Below are positions 10,784 to 19,739 of a stretch of 64,000 bases of DNA, piece after piece (position 1 is the stretch's first letter; each line of letters starts with the position of its first letter). The position numbers and the translations under genes were made by a program. The notes below the pieces were generated by a model, which was not told where the DNA came from, searched no databases, and saw only the letters and a program-made list of their open reading frames with translations. This stretch comes from Patescibacteria group bacterium (GTDB lineage Bacteria; Patescibacteriota; Kazan-3B-28), in assembly GCA_041649135.1 (NCBI GenBank), contig JBAZNQ010000001.1, positions 99,037 to 163,036 on the forward strand, read 5' to 3'.

Positions 10784-11053
10784 ATGAAAGATAGATTAAA
10801 TGGGCACCACGTCGGTATGGTCTTGGGCGCCTTTGCCGTTGTCGTCCACATCATTTGGACGATCATGATCGCGCTGGGCATTGGCCAGACTTGGATGGAT
10901 TGGATATTTGGGTTGCATATGATCACCAACCCAATTACTGTTATCACCTTTTCTTGGGGAACAGCCGTTCTGCTCTGGATCGTTGTTCTAGTGGTAGGGT
11001 ATATCCTCGGCCATATCTTTGCTTGGGTTCACAATTTGATTCACAAGAAATAA
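10784..11053 (+). CDS. Small membrane protein, hypothetical
   Basis: 89 aa, 2-3 TM helices; bracketed by near-identical hairpins. Confidence 0.4.
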   Translation: MKDRLNGHHVGMVLGAFAVVVHIIWTIMIALGIGQTWMDWIFGLHMITNPITVITFSWGTAVLLWIVVLVVGYILGHIFAWVHNLIHKK

Positions 11054-11068
11054 GTTAGGTTTACGCAT

Positions 11069-11104
11069 CGTTGATCAATGAGCCCCGGTTTTCCGGGGCT
11101 CAAA
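11069..11104 (+). terminator. Hairpin terminator (copy 2 of the duplicated hairpin)
   Basis: gttgatcaatgagccccg-gttttc-cggggctcaaatgg. Confidence 0.55.
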
Positions 11105-11123
11105 TGGTCAGACATGCTAAGAT

Positions 11124-12206
11124 ATGTCTATGGATTTATCACCCAAACGCCGCATCATCACCCTAGATCTCCTGCGCGGTTATTTTCTGTGGGTAATTTT
11201 AGTTGACCACATCTACCGGTTCCCCGGTTTCTTTGAGATTTTCACCGGCAAAGGATTACTTTGGGCGTCGGCCGCCGATGGTTTCTTCTTGGAATCCGGT
11301 GTCTTAGTCGGATATTTGCGGGGGCGGGAAACCCGCACTGGTAATTTTGGATTAGCGTGGAAACGACTTTGGCTTCGGGCGCTCGTGCTATATGCGTGGT
11401 CGATCGGACTGACTTTATTATTTACTTTGCTGGCCTACTGGTTGCCAAATTACGTCGGTATTAAATCTGGTTTCGCTGACGATCTATCGACGTTACAATT
11501 GCTTTGGCAAACTCTGACTTTTCAATATTCCTATGGTTGGACGGACTTTTTGCCTTATTACACGATGTACATGGTTTTTGCTCCACTCGCTCTTTGGTTG
11601 ATGAACAAACGTCAAACTTGGTTGGTGCTATTTACCTCACTTATCATTTGGTTATTTCGAGGACACAATCCATTCTTGGCATGGCAAGCGTTATTTTTTA
11701 TCGGTCTGACTGGCGGTTATTATTTTCCGGAATGGGAACAATTTTGGCATCGGTTATCTCTTACCGCCCAGCGGTGGGTGCGTTGGTCGAGTGTTAGTTT
11801 AGCGTTGGTAATTTTAGTGACCAATTTATGGATTAAACATTTTTACGGTTATGAAGGTGGTTGGTTAACTCACTGGTTTGACAAATGGACGCTTGCTCCC
11901 GGCCACTTGATCGTCGGTATAATTTGGTTCATCGGTTTATATTTGTTGGTTCGAGGCATAGAACCGATCGTTGCCAAAATTACCGGCTGGTTACTTTTAC
12001 CGGCTGGTCGCAATTCGCTGGCGACTTACATTTTTGAAAGCTTTGTAGTGGTGGGTGTCAATTTGTTGCTACCGTATCCCAGCACTAGTTTTTGGGTTAA
12101 TACCGCTATCAATCTCTCTGCTATTACTGTTGTCTGGCTCTTTACTTACTTCTATGATCGCCGGCGAACTGCCCGTCGTCTGACTAGTTCTCCGATCGCT
12201 ACTTAG
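11124..12206 (+). CDS. Polytopic membrane protein, acyltransferase-3/DUF1624-like
   Basis: ITLDLLRGYFLWVILVDH N-terminal motif typical of acyltransferase family 3; about 10 TM helices. Confidence 0.4.
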   Translation: MSMDLSPKRRIITLDLLRGYFLWVILVDHIYRFPGFFEIFTGKGLLWASAADGFFLESGVLVGYLRGRETRTGNFGLAWKRLWLRALVLYAWSIGLTLLFTLLAYWLPNYVGIKSGFADDLSTLQLLWQTLTFQYSYGWTDFLPYYTMYMVFAPLALWLMNKRQTWLVLFTSLIIWLFRGHNPFLAWQALFFIGLTGGYYFPEWEQFWHRLSLTAQRWVRWSSVSLALVILVTNLWIKHFYGYEGGWLTHWFDKWTLAPGHLIVGIIWFIGLYLLVRGIEPIVAKITGWLLLPAGRNSLATYIFESFVVVGVNLLLPYPSTSFWVNTAINLSAITVVWLFTYFYDRRRTARRLTSSPIAT

Positions 12207-12252
12207 CGTCTGATAGTTACTTTTACCAAAGGTAGTTTTTGCCGTATGATGA

Positions 12253-13116
12253 ATGCAGTCACAACCTATGGTAACTGATTGGTGGAGTATTTTTATTAGT
12301 CATCTGACCGGTGGTCTCGTCCAGATGAGTGAAACAGCCGGTTTATTCTGGTCGGGTTTAATTAGTCAATTTTCACTTACCGGATTGCTCGACTTAATTT
12401 TAGTGGCCGCGTTACTCTGGTGGCTTTATCGCCGGTTGCGTCGTAGTGAATTGATCGGTATCTTACCGCGGATTTTCATTTTATTAATTATTATTTTAGT
12501 AGCGCGTATCTTGGGATTTTGGGCGCTCTTTTATGTTGGCGGAGCTTTGTTTATTATCACTCTGTTAGCGCTCTCCGCCTTGTACGCGCCGGAGATCAAG
12601 CAAGTTCTGATTACCGATTTAAAACTTGACCATCATCCACGTGCCACTATCCGTAATGTTAGTACCGCCGATTATCAAACCGCTATCAAGACACTAGTTG
12701 AGGCGCTCGCCGTGCTGACTCGCGCTCACAAGCCGGCTTTAATTGTCATTAAACGAGACAAACCCCTCACTCGGTTAGTTGATAATGGCACCAAGATGAA
12801 TTCGCCTCTACGCGCCGATTTGCTAATTGATTTTTTTGCTAATGGTTCAGTTTTGGGTAAGGGTGCCGCTATCATTGATGGCAACAAAATTATCGGGGCT
12901 GGTTCTACGCTCTTTCGGACCAATGCCCGCATCTTATTTAATCCCACCCATCCCATGATCCAGCGTGCCGCTCGCGAACTTAATGCCGTCATTATCATTG
13001 CCACCAAAACCACTAGCGATATCAACGTTGTGGCAGGGGATAACACTTACAAAAATCTCAATTTGGCCGATCTTTCCAAACTTCTGCAGAACATATTGGT
13101 TTATCGTCGGATTTAA
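12253..13116 (+). CDS. Diadenylate cyclase CdaA-like membrane protein (DAC domain; catalytic motifs appear divergent)
   Basis: Three N-terminal TM helices with LLDLILVAALLWWLYRRLRRSELIG (CdaA-like), then a DAC-like region GKGAAIIDGNKIIGAGSTLF ... IQRAARELNAVIIIATKTTSDINVV. The canonical DGA and RHR appear as DGN and IQR. A ybbR/cdaR-like gene follows immediately. Confidence 0.5.
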   Translation: MQSQPMVTDWWSIFISHLTGGLVQMSETAGLFWSGLISQFSLTGLLDLILVAALLWWLYRRLRRSELIGILPRIFILLIIILVARILGFWALFYVGGALFIITLLALSALYAPEIKQVLITDLKLDHHPRATIRNVSTADYQTAIKTLVEALAVLTRAHKPALIVIKRDKPLTRLVDNGTKMNSPLRADLLIDFFANGSVLGKGAAIIDGNKIIGAGSTLFRTNARILFNPTHPMIQRAARELNAVIIIATKTTSDINVVAGDNTYKNLNLADLSKLLQNILVYRRI

Positions 13117-14313
13117 ATGCGTCTCAATTCTCCCAATATCATGCGCTGGGTAATCCTGATCGCCGCCGTTTTGGTTTGGATCAACATTTACTCATTTCTC
13201 GATCGCACTACGACCATTTCCGCTCCGCTTTTGATCGAAAATCTTCGAAGTGATTTTGCGATTGCCGAACCAATTACGGTTGTTAATGCTACTGTGAGCG
13301 GCGGAATTCGCGATTTTGCCAGTCTGACTGATCAGACTTTTCAATTTACGATCGACGCCTCATCCATTGCCGCTATCGGTCAATACACTCTCGAAATTAA
13401 ACCCAAATTAGTGCCCAAATCGGTCAAAGTGGTTGCGATCGAGCCTCAACAACTGACCGCGACGATCGAATTGGTTGCCAGCAAAATTGTTCCGGTGTCG
13501 GCTCTCTCTCGCGGTATGACTAATGACAAATATAGTGTCTACTCACTAACTGCTGTGCCAAGTCAGGTCCAAGTTTTTGGAGCGCCGTCATTGTTGGCGC
13601 AAATCTCGGAAGCTCGCACTTATGCAGATGTTTCTCGTCGCAAAAATTCCTTCACCGCTCCGGCTTCGGTTGCGGTTGAAGATGCCAATAACCACGTTAT
13701 TCATTCACTCCGAGTTGAACCTAGTAATGTCAAAATCACCGTCGAGATCATCGCTGGGGCTGGGATTCGCAATCTTGGTTTAAAACCATCTTTTATCGGT
13801 GAATTACCGGGTGGTTTTTGGGTCAAAGAAGTAAAATTCGATCCTTCGGTTGTCCAAGTGCGTGGTCCTCAACAGATTTTAGAAGCTCTCTCATCGCTCT
13901 CATCAACGGCTATTAATTTGTCCGACCATCGTAGCGACTTTAACGAACAAGTGGCTGTCGATCTGCCGAGTGGTATCGAAATCGTTGGCGACAACTTGAT
14001 CATGGCACAAATCTTGGTCGGCTCTAGCGAGGGTACTCGTCAATTGGAAATCGTGCCCCAGTATGTTAATGTAACCGAAGGTTTCAGCATTACCGCCACC
14101 AATCCTGCTAGCATCCAAGTTGTGGTTTCTGGCGACCCTAAAGCTGTTAATCAGCTCACTCGCCAAGATATTAAACTAAACCTCGATTTAAAAGGCACTC
14201 TGTCTGGCGCCAATCAAATTGTCCTAACGCCGGCGATGTTCTCCGCCCCTCCCAACATTCAGATCGTTTCCTTCACTCCCGACAAAGTCGAAATCGTCCT
14301 GACGAGACTCTAA
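13117..14313 (+). CDS. YbbR-like (CdaR) domain membrane-anchored protein
   Basis: N-terminal TM, then repeated beta-rich YbbR-like segments; start abuts the cdaA-like stop (TAA-ATG). Confidence 0.55.
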   Translation: MRLNSPNIMRWVILIAAVLVWINIYSFLDRTTTISAPLLIENLRSDFAIAEPITVVNATVSGGIRDFASLTDQTFQFTIDASSIAAIGQYTLEIKPKLVPKSVKVVAIEPQQLTATIELVASKIVPVSALSRGMTNDKYSVYSLTAVPSQVQVFGAPSLLAQISEARTYADVSRRKNSFTAPASVAVEDANNHVIHSLRVEPSNVKITVEIIAGAGIRNLGLKPSFIGELPGGFWVKEVKFDPSVVQVRGPQQILEALSSLSSTAINLSDHRSDFNEQVAVDLPSGIEIVGDNLIMAQILVGSSEGTRQLEIVPQYVNVTEGFSITATNPASIQVVVSGDPKAVNQLTRQDIKLNLDLKGTLSGANQIVLTPAMFSAPPNIQIVSFTPDKVEIVLTRL

Positions 14314-14552
14314 AATAATCTCGCCAATTTCCCCAATTTATTCCAATCTCATCAAGAAAGTTGGTCTTTTCCATTGGTTAGATTGTTAAGATTGGTTAGA
14401 TTCCGTGCAAACCCAAAAGCTTGACCCAAAGCCGCTTTTTCTATATCCTATATCCGTCAGGTGGTTTGCCGATTCTGGCAAAAATCAATCCACCAGCACC
14501 TTAAAGACTAGCCGACACAAGCTGGCCTGCGGGGTGAGAGAAGGAGACTGGG

Positions 14553-15224
14553 ATGAAACTCCTGGCCGCCATTAATGTTGTCCTGGAATTCCTCGGGGCC
14601 TTGATTGTCGCCAAACAAGACAAGGAAGGTCACTTTGCCCGTGTGAGAGAGTTGCTCACACAGCTCAAGACCCTCGACGAGGAAGCTCTTGGTAGACTGC
14701 TTCAACGGATGAACTATGTCCGTGTGATCCTGACCCAGAACACGCTCCTCCCTACCGCAGAAGCCATACAAAGGTTTATTCTGAGCCAAGTCATCCAGAT
14801 CATTGATTGCGATACCGAACTATTTATTCCTGATTACTGGGAGGTGGTCGAGCACCAGAAGGGTGGCAAGCTGGAGTGGAACCCAGAGAAGATTCAGCTC
14901 TATCTCTCGAACGCACAAAATGACAACAGTGACATCGAGGGCCACGAGCTCTGCCGTGAGCTGAAAGGCAAGCGGGTCTTAAACGATTGCGTCCTTGATT
15001 GGCTCATTGCCCATCCCGAGTTCATCCCCGAAGAATGGAAGGGTAAATATATCTTCTTCTGGGGTACCATCTATCGCGACTCGAGTGGCTACTTACGCGT
15101 GCGGTTCCTCTACTGGGACGGTGGCAGGTGGGGCAGGTGGGGCAGGTGGCGCTGGAACTATCGCCGGCTCGACGACAAATTGCACTCCAACGAACCTGCG
15201 GCTGTCCTCGCAGACGCAGCTTAG
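14553..15224 (+). CDS. Hypothetical protein in a higher-GC islet, C-terminal GRW repeats
   Basis: About 52% GC against about 44% flanks. SD aggagactggg before the ATG. C-terminus GGRWGRWGRWRW encoded by 3 perfect ggcaggtgg units. Confidence 0.45.
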   Translation: MKLLAAINVVLEFLGALIVAKQDKEGHFARVRELLTQLKTLDEEALGRLLQRMNYVRVILTQNTLLPTAEAIQRFILSQVIQIIDCDTELFIPDYWEVVEHQKGGKLEWNPEKIQLYLSNAQNDNSDIEGHELCRELKGKRVLNDCVLDWLIAHPEFIPEEWKGKYIFFWGTIYRDSSGYLRVRFLYWDGGRWGRWGRWRWNYRRLDDKLHSNEPAAVLADAA

Positions 15225-15280
15225 CTTTCGGTTCTGAACTCGTGGGGTCAATAGACCTCTGACATCAGAACCATTGTGCG

Positions 15281-15306
15281 CCCGCCCCCTCTGGGGCGGG
15301 CGCTTA
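15281..15306 (+). terminator. GC-rich hairpin terminator
   Basis: gcgcccgcccc-ctct-ggggcgggcgc. Confidence 0.5.
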
Positions 15307-15376
15307 TCGTATAATGTTATGGCGGTATACTTTTTACTCGGTCATTCTAGGCGAAGCGAAGAATCTATAATTAACT

Positions 15377-15562
15377 CGTCATTCTGGCCTGCCTGCCGGT
15401 GGGCAGGTAAGTCCAGCCCCGAAGGTGCCCCGTTGGGGTAGGACGCATCCAGAATCTTCCTCTCGTCATTCCCGCGCCACCTTCTGTCATTCCCGCTCCA
15501 CTCTTCGTCATTCCCATTTCTCTCTTCGTCATTCCCGCGAAGGCGGGAATCCAGAAAAGAAC
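15377..15562. repeat. Composite array of MITE-like palindromic repeats (GTCATTC... family)
   Basis: gtcattctgg...ccagaatc unit, then four tandem tcgtcattccc half-sites ending in the full hairpin gtcattcccgcgaaggcgggaatccagaaaagaaca. Confidence 0.8.
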
Positions 15563-15579
15563 ATAAACTTTTAACTCTT

Positions 15580-15620
15580 CACTCTTCACTCTTCACTCTT
15601 CACTCTTCACTCTTCACTGC
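15580..15620. repeat. Tandem heptamer repeat (ctcttca) x6 directly upstream of the next start codon
   Basis: ctcttcactcttcactcttcactcttcactcttcactcttcact. Confidence 0.8.
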
Positions 15621-15627
15621 CCCCATT

Positions 15628-18045
15628 ATGTCTTACCCCGAATTTATTGTTTTAGATATCGAATCCACCGGCGTCGACTCCAAACACGACGACATTATTG
15701 AATTCTCTGCCGTCAAACTCAATGCTGCAGGTGAAATTATCGATCAACTCGATACTCTAGTTTCCACCAAACTTCTGCCACTTCGCCCACTAGTAGTTGC
15801 TCTGACTGGCATTAAAGATGAAGATTTTGAAGGTCAGCCGAATTTGGAAGCAGTCTTACCCAAAATCGAAGCCTTCTGCGGCGATTTGCCGATAGTGGGT
15901 CATAACATCAGTTTTGATGTTGAATTTTTACATGCCAAAGGGTTGAGCTTGAAAGGCGACTTGCTCGATACGTTGGAACTTGCCCAAACAGTTCTTACCA
16001 AACAACCAGCTTATAGTTTGGAAGGTCTCTGCTGGCGGTTCAATTTTCCCCATCAACCGTCTCATCGCGCTATGGCTGATGTTTTGGCTACTGTTGATTT
16101 AATGAAATTCCTAAGCCAGCAAATTGCCGATCTTAAAGCCGGTACGCGCAAAAAGGTTTTGGATACTCTGCCGGAAAAATCTTGGAACTGGCGTTGGCTG
16201 TTTGCAGAATCTTCTTTTGTCATCCCGAGCGAAGAACGTTCGACGTTCGGAGCGAAGAATCTAGGACAAAGTCCGCACATCACTCCCCACACGAGCAGTC
16301 TGATCGGCAGTCTCAATCAGGCTGAACAATTCTTACCAGACATCAAAACCGCTGAAACCGGCAAAATCAATTTTATTGAAACCCATTTTTCAATTGACCA
16401 ACTGTCCCTTGCCCTAGCTCACGCCATTGCCAAAAAACCGGCTGTATTAGTCGTGCCATTCAACGCTTGGCGAGAAATTGATTGGGAAGCAGTCGGCCAA
16501 GCCCATAACCTTAAACTGGCCGTTCGTGATCGCCAAGAATTTTTCTATCAGGCAGATAGTGAACTGGAATTGGCCAAATCTATGCCGTCCATTTCCGCTA
16601 CCGAAGCAAAATTGATCACCAAAGTTATCTTGTGGCGCAACGAATGGGGGAGCGACCCGTCAAAATTGTATCTGGTAAATGATGAGCTCTATCAATGGGA
16701 ACAAAAATTTGCTCCCATTGAAGTAAAAAAATCTCAACTTCCCGAACATGAAAAAGTTGATCTAATTATTGCCACCACCAGTTCCGTATTAGAGTTGGAA
16801 AATTTGGCAAGATACAATATCATCGTGCTTGATCCATTGAGTGTCGAGGAATCAGCGATGCGTATTAAATCTCGCACTCTGTCGTTAAATTACTTTAGCG
16901 CACTAGTTTCAAGTCGTCGGGATTTTGTACATCTCCAGATTCGTCCCAAAGATGTCAAACTGGCAGATTCATTATTCAAAATTCTTAACGATGTTAGTAG
17001 CAAACTTGCGGCTTTGAGCCCCATGTTGGTGGCGTGGTACGCCGCTAATCCGCCCAGCAATGTCTTTGACCGCAATACCGAACTCTCCGGTGTCAACATG
17101 ACTGATGAATTGCGCAGTCAGCTTGATCTGATCATCGAAGACTTATCGCAATATCTTGGTGTTATCATTGATGCTAAATTGCCCAATTCTAAATCACAGA
17201 TCGAACATACTGAAAAATTGATTATTCATTTAAAGGCTCTCGAAACAACGGATCCTAGCTTTAGATATTTCCTCAACGCGATCGAAAATCGATTCTATTT
17301 GGATATTCTTCCCGCTCATCCAGATTTTTCACTACTAGAGCGAATTTTAACAGATAGCAAATCCTGTACCGTGTTAGGCGCTGGTTTGTCCGTTCAGGGC
17401 AGGTTCAATTATTGGCACCAATCATTTGGTGAATTTAATAGTAAAGTGCTCAAAGACGATACCCCATTGGAATTATTGTTAGTGAAAGACTTGCCGGAAG
17501 GTGATGACTATCTGGAAGCGATCGGTAAATTTTCTAGCCAGATGATCGCCAACAATCCCTATTCACTCGTTTTAACTGGTTCCGCTTATGATACCGAAGA
17601 GCTCTTTGATTGGTTGTTGGCTCCCGTTACGGAAGCTGGGATCGCTCTCTCTAGCGCCAACACAACCAAAGCATTGGAGAAATTACCTGACCTAGTTGGC
17701 GCCAATCGGCATCTGGGAATTGTGGCTTACTATTGGTGGCTGGAACGAGCTCGGTTGTATTTACCAAATTTTGATTTGCTCCTGCTCGGCAAAATTCCTT
17801 TCGATCCCAACAGCCGACCGCAAGCCAAAGTGATGCAAGGGGATAATAACGGTTTCGATAGCTATACGATCCCGCGCACCACAATGAAACTCAAGGAGGT
17901 GCTTCATACTGCTTCTTTAATGAATTTCAAAACTCTAGTTTTAGCCGACAGTCGATTGGTGAAAAAAGATTATGGCGAACGGATCATCGGCTCCCTCGAA
18001 GGCTTCGTCGTCATTCCCCAAACTAGCAAAGAACTTCTCGGATAA
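15628..18045 (+). CDS. DnaQ-like 3'-5' exonuclease domain fused to a large DinG-like C-terminal region (helicase motifs not recognisable)
   Basis: N-terminal DEDDh motifs: VLDIESTGVD (Exo I), GHNISFDVEFL (Exo II), HRAMADV (Exo III). No Walker A seen in the 600-aa C-terminal part. Contains an in-frame MITE-like insert at 16219-16264. Confidence 0.55.
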   Translation: MSYPEFIVLDIESTGVDSKHDDIIEFSAVKLNAAGEIIDQLDTLVSTKLLPLRPLVVALTGIKDEDFEGQPNLEAVLPKIEAFCGDLPIVGHNISFDVEFLHAKGLSLKGDLLDTLELAQTVLTKQPAYSLEGLCWRFNFPHQPSHRAMADVLATVDLMKFLSQQIADLKAGTRKKVLDTLPEKSWNWRWLFAESSFVIPSEERSTFGAKNLGQSPHITPHTSSLIGSLNQAEQFLPDIKTAETGKINFIETHFSIDQLSLALAHAIAKKPAVLVVPFNAWREIDWEAVGQAHNLKLAVRDRQEFFYQADSELELAKSMPSISATEAKLITKVILWRNEWGSDPSKLYLVNDELYQWEQKFAPIEVKKSQLPEHEKVDLIIATTSSVLELENLARYNIIVLDPLSVEESAMRIKSRTLSLNYFSALVSSRRDFVHLQIRPKDVKLADSLFKILNDVSSKLAALSPMLVAWYAANPPSNVFDRNTELSGVNMTDELRSQLDLIIEDLSQYLGVIIDAKLPNSKSQIEHTEKLIIHLKALETTDPSFRYFLNAIENRFYLDILPAHPDFSLLERILTDSKSCTVLGAGLSVQGRFNYWHQSFGEFNSKVLKDDTPLELLLVKDLPEGDDYLEAIGKFSSQMIANNPYSLVLTGSAYDTEELFDWLLAPVTEAGIALSSANTTKALEKLPDLVGANRHLGIVAYYWWLERARLYLPNFDLLLLGKIPFDPNSRPQAKVMQGDNNGFDSYTIPRTTMKLKEVLHTASLMNFKTLVLADSRLVKKDYGERIIGSLEGFVVIPQTSKELLG

Positions 18046-18048
18046 AAT

Positions 18049-18075
18049 AAAGGGTCGCATCATGCGACCCTTTAA
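18049..18075 (+). terminator. Terminator after the DnaQ/DinG-like gene
   Basis: gggtcgcat-cat-gcgaccc + ttt. Confidence 0.55.
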
Positions 18076-18292
18076 AGATCTCTTGGCTATCCGGAAGAAT
18101 AGCAGTCCCAACCATCGCCGTCCAACCCGCCGCTGGAGAAACCCAGCCTGAAGGCGAGTAAGACAAGGAAGCATCCTCCGAAGATGCCCCGCCAAATCCT
18201 TAGCAGCAAGGTACACCTCCACACGATAAAACTGCGATCAATATATCGTTTTTTGCGCTTCTGGTCAACAAAGTCAGGATATAGTGCTTATG

Positions 18293-18321
18293 TTGACAAA
18301 ATGCTCATCCTATGCTACAAT
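18293..18321 (+). promoter_or_regulatory. Consensus sigma70 promoter (TTGACA-17-TACAAT) followed by no ORF
   Basis: ttgacaaaatgctcatcctatgctacaat; perfect -35, near-perfect -10, 17-nt spacer. Downstream is structured noncoding sequence. Confidence 0.6.
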
Positions 18322-19044
18322 GAAATAATTTGGTAACCCCTGCAGTGTGCTTTGCTCTACTGCAGGGCCGACGAATCTTTGAAAATTCACCTGTCCAGCT
18401 CGCATAGCTTCATGACAAGCTTTGTTAGCAGGAAGAGTAGGGGAATGCGAGATATCACTCCCCCCAGTGGTGTCTCGCATTCCCTTACTGTCCCGTATCA
18501 AAACTAAAATAAAATTTAGTGTTTTTGTACCTTAGATGAAACAATATTCCCCGCCATTCCTATAGTGGTTTGGAGAACAAGACAGTCGAAATTGCAAAAT
18601 GGCATCATTGCCGGCTGATCTCTCGAAACTAGCATTGGAATGGAGGGGCGGGACGGGAGGTGAACCCTTCTTGTCCCCCTGACCGTGCCAAAGTTATTTA
18701 ATTTTGGGCCCGCTGATCAGGGGGACTTTTTTGACCCCTCGGGGTCAACCCTCCGTAGCGTTATCTATTTCGAGAAGAGGATAAATATCCTAATTCGAGA
18801 AGAGATGTACGCGTAGGACGGGTAAGTATCATTGATTTATGTCCCCCCGAGGGGATTACCAAATCAACCATCAGGGGGACTTTTTTATGCCCATATATCA
18901 GAATTTCTTGCACTATACTGAACGGCCGTTCAGTATATTGTATTGCACTAGTTTGACCCGATGGAGGATATGGGAAATAATCAAACCAGTAGCGGGGGAC
19001 ATTTTCTCCGCTCGTAACTTATAAATCGGTGCCGGAGGTACACC

Positions 19045-19494
19045 ATGGGTTGCGGTCACGAGCAGACACGCAGGTTTGAAGAGAACACCACGTTGGCTGG
19101 CTTTGGTATGGCAATGTTCACATTTCTTACGCTCATCCAGACCAATGGAATCACGGCCGAGAACTTTGATGAGTTTAAGTCTAACGTGTTGGCTAGGCTT
19201 GCCGAATATGGCAATCAACTCGGTTTCGGTGACCTCTTTAAACCTAGCGCCAAGACGGAGAGTGAAACAGCTGCCCTAAGTCACCAGTTGGGTTTATGTG
19301 GACCCCCTGTACCGCTGTTTCGTTGTCATCTGCAACAGCTCTATCGGCTGCTGAAACGTTCGCAGGAACCACGGACACAACAGGGATACTACGACTTAGG
19401 GTACGAGCTGGCAAAATTACTTCAGGATATCAACAATGAGATTACCGCTCTTCAGCAAGCGCGGGACAAGAGGGAAAGCTCTAGCTGTTCCTGA
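19045..19494 (+). CDS. Hypothetical protein (higher-GC islet)
   Basis: 149 aa; followed by a strong terminator at 19508-19545 (gccgctgacgg...ctatcagcggc + ttttt). Confidence 0.45.
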   Translation: MGCGHEQTRRFEENTTLAGFGMAMFTFLTLIQTNGITAENFDEFKSNVLARLAEYGNQLGFGDLFKPSAKTESETAALSHQLGLCGPPVPLFRCHLQQLYRLLKRSQEPRTQQGYYDLGYELAKLLQDINNEITALQQARDKRESSSCS

Positions 19495-19696
19495 AGTGTG
19501 AACGGGCAGACGCCAAATGCCGCTGACGGTTAAACTATCAGCGGCATTTTTATACCCCAAACCGTTTTTTTGTCATCCTCGGGCTTGACCCGGGGATCCA
19601 GACAAAAACAACAAAAAAGCCCATTTTCAGAAGATTTTTTACTCTCTAAAATCACCTATAAACAGCCAAAAATCGGCTCTGGGAGCAGAAAAAGTG

Positions 19697-19725
19697 TTGA
19701 CAAAAAATTAGGCTTGGAGTATGCT
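19697..19725 (+). promoter_or_regulatory. Sigma70-like promoter (TTGACA-17-TATGCT)
   Basis: ttgacaaaaaattaggcttggagtatgct. Confidence 0.45.
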
Positions 19726-19739
19726 CAAACTGTTGATGC

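Noticed and set aside
15377-15562. Possible CRISPR array (repeated tcgtcattccc units with short spacers)
   Set aside because: Units are irregularly spaced (about 22 nt total), the intervening segments are too short for spacers, the same half-site arrays recur at three loci, and there are no cas genes. These are tandem half-sites of the MITE family.
15371-15589. Minus-strand ORFs encoding IPAFAGMTK / GAGMT peptides (also 25228-25425, 39121-39468, 47446-47637)
   Set aside because: They are read-throughs of the palindromic GTCAT repeat arrays in antisense; the repeated peptide motifs come from the DNA repeat, not from a protein family.
18640-18680. G-tract ggaggggcgggacgggagg as a possible G-quadruplex
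   Set aside because: Only three GGG runs plus GG; weak G4 potential, and it is better explained as part of the GC-rich hairpin/terminator cluster in this leader region.
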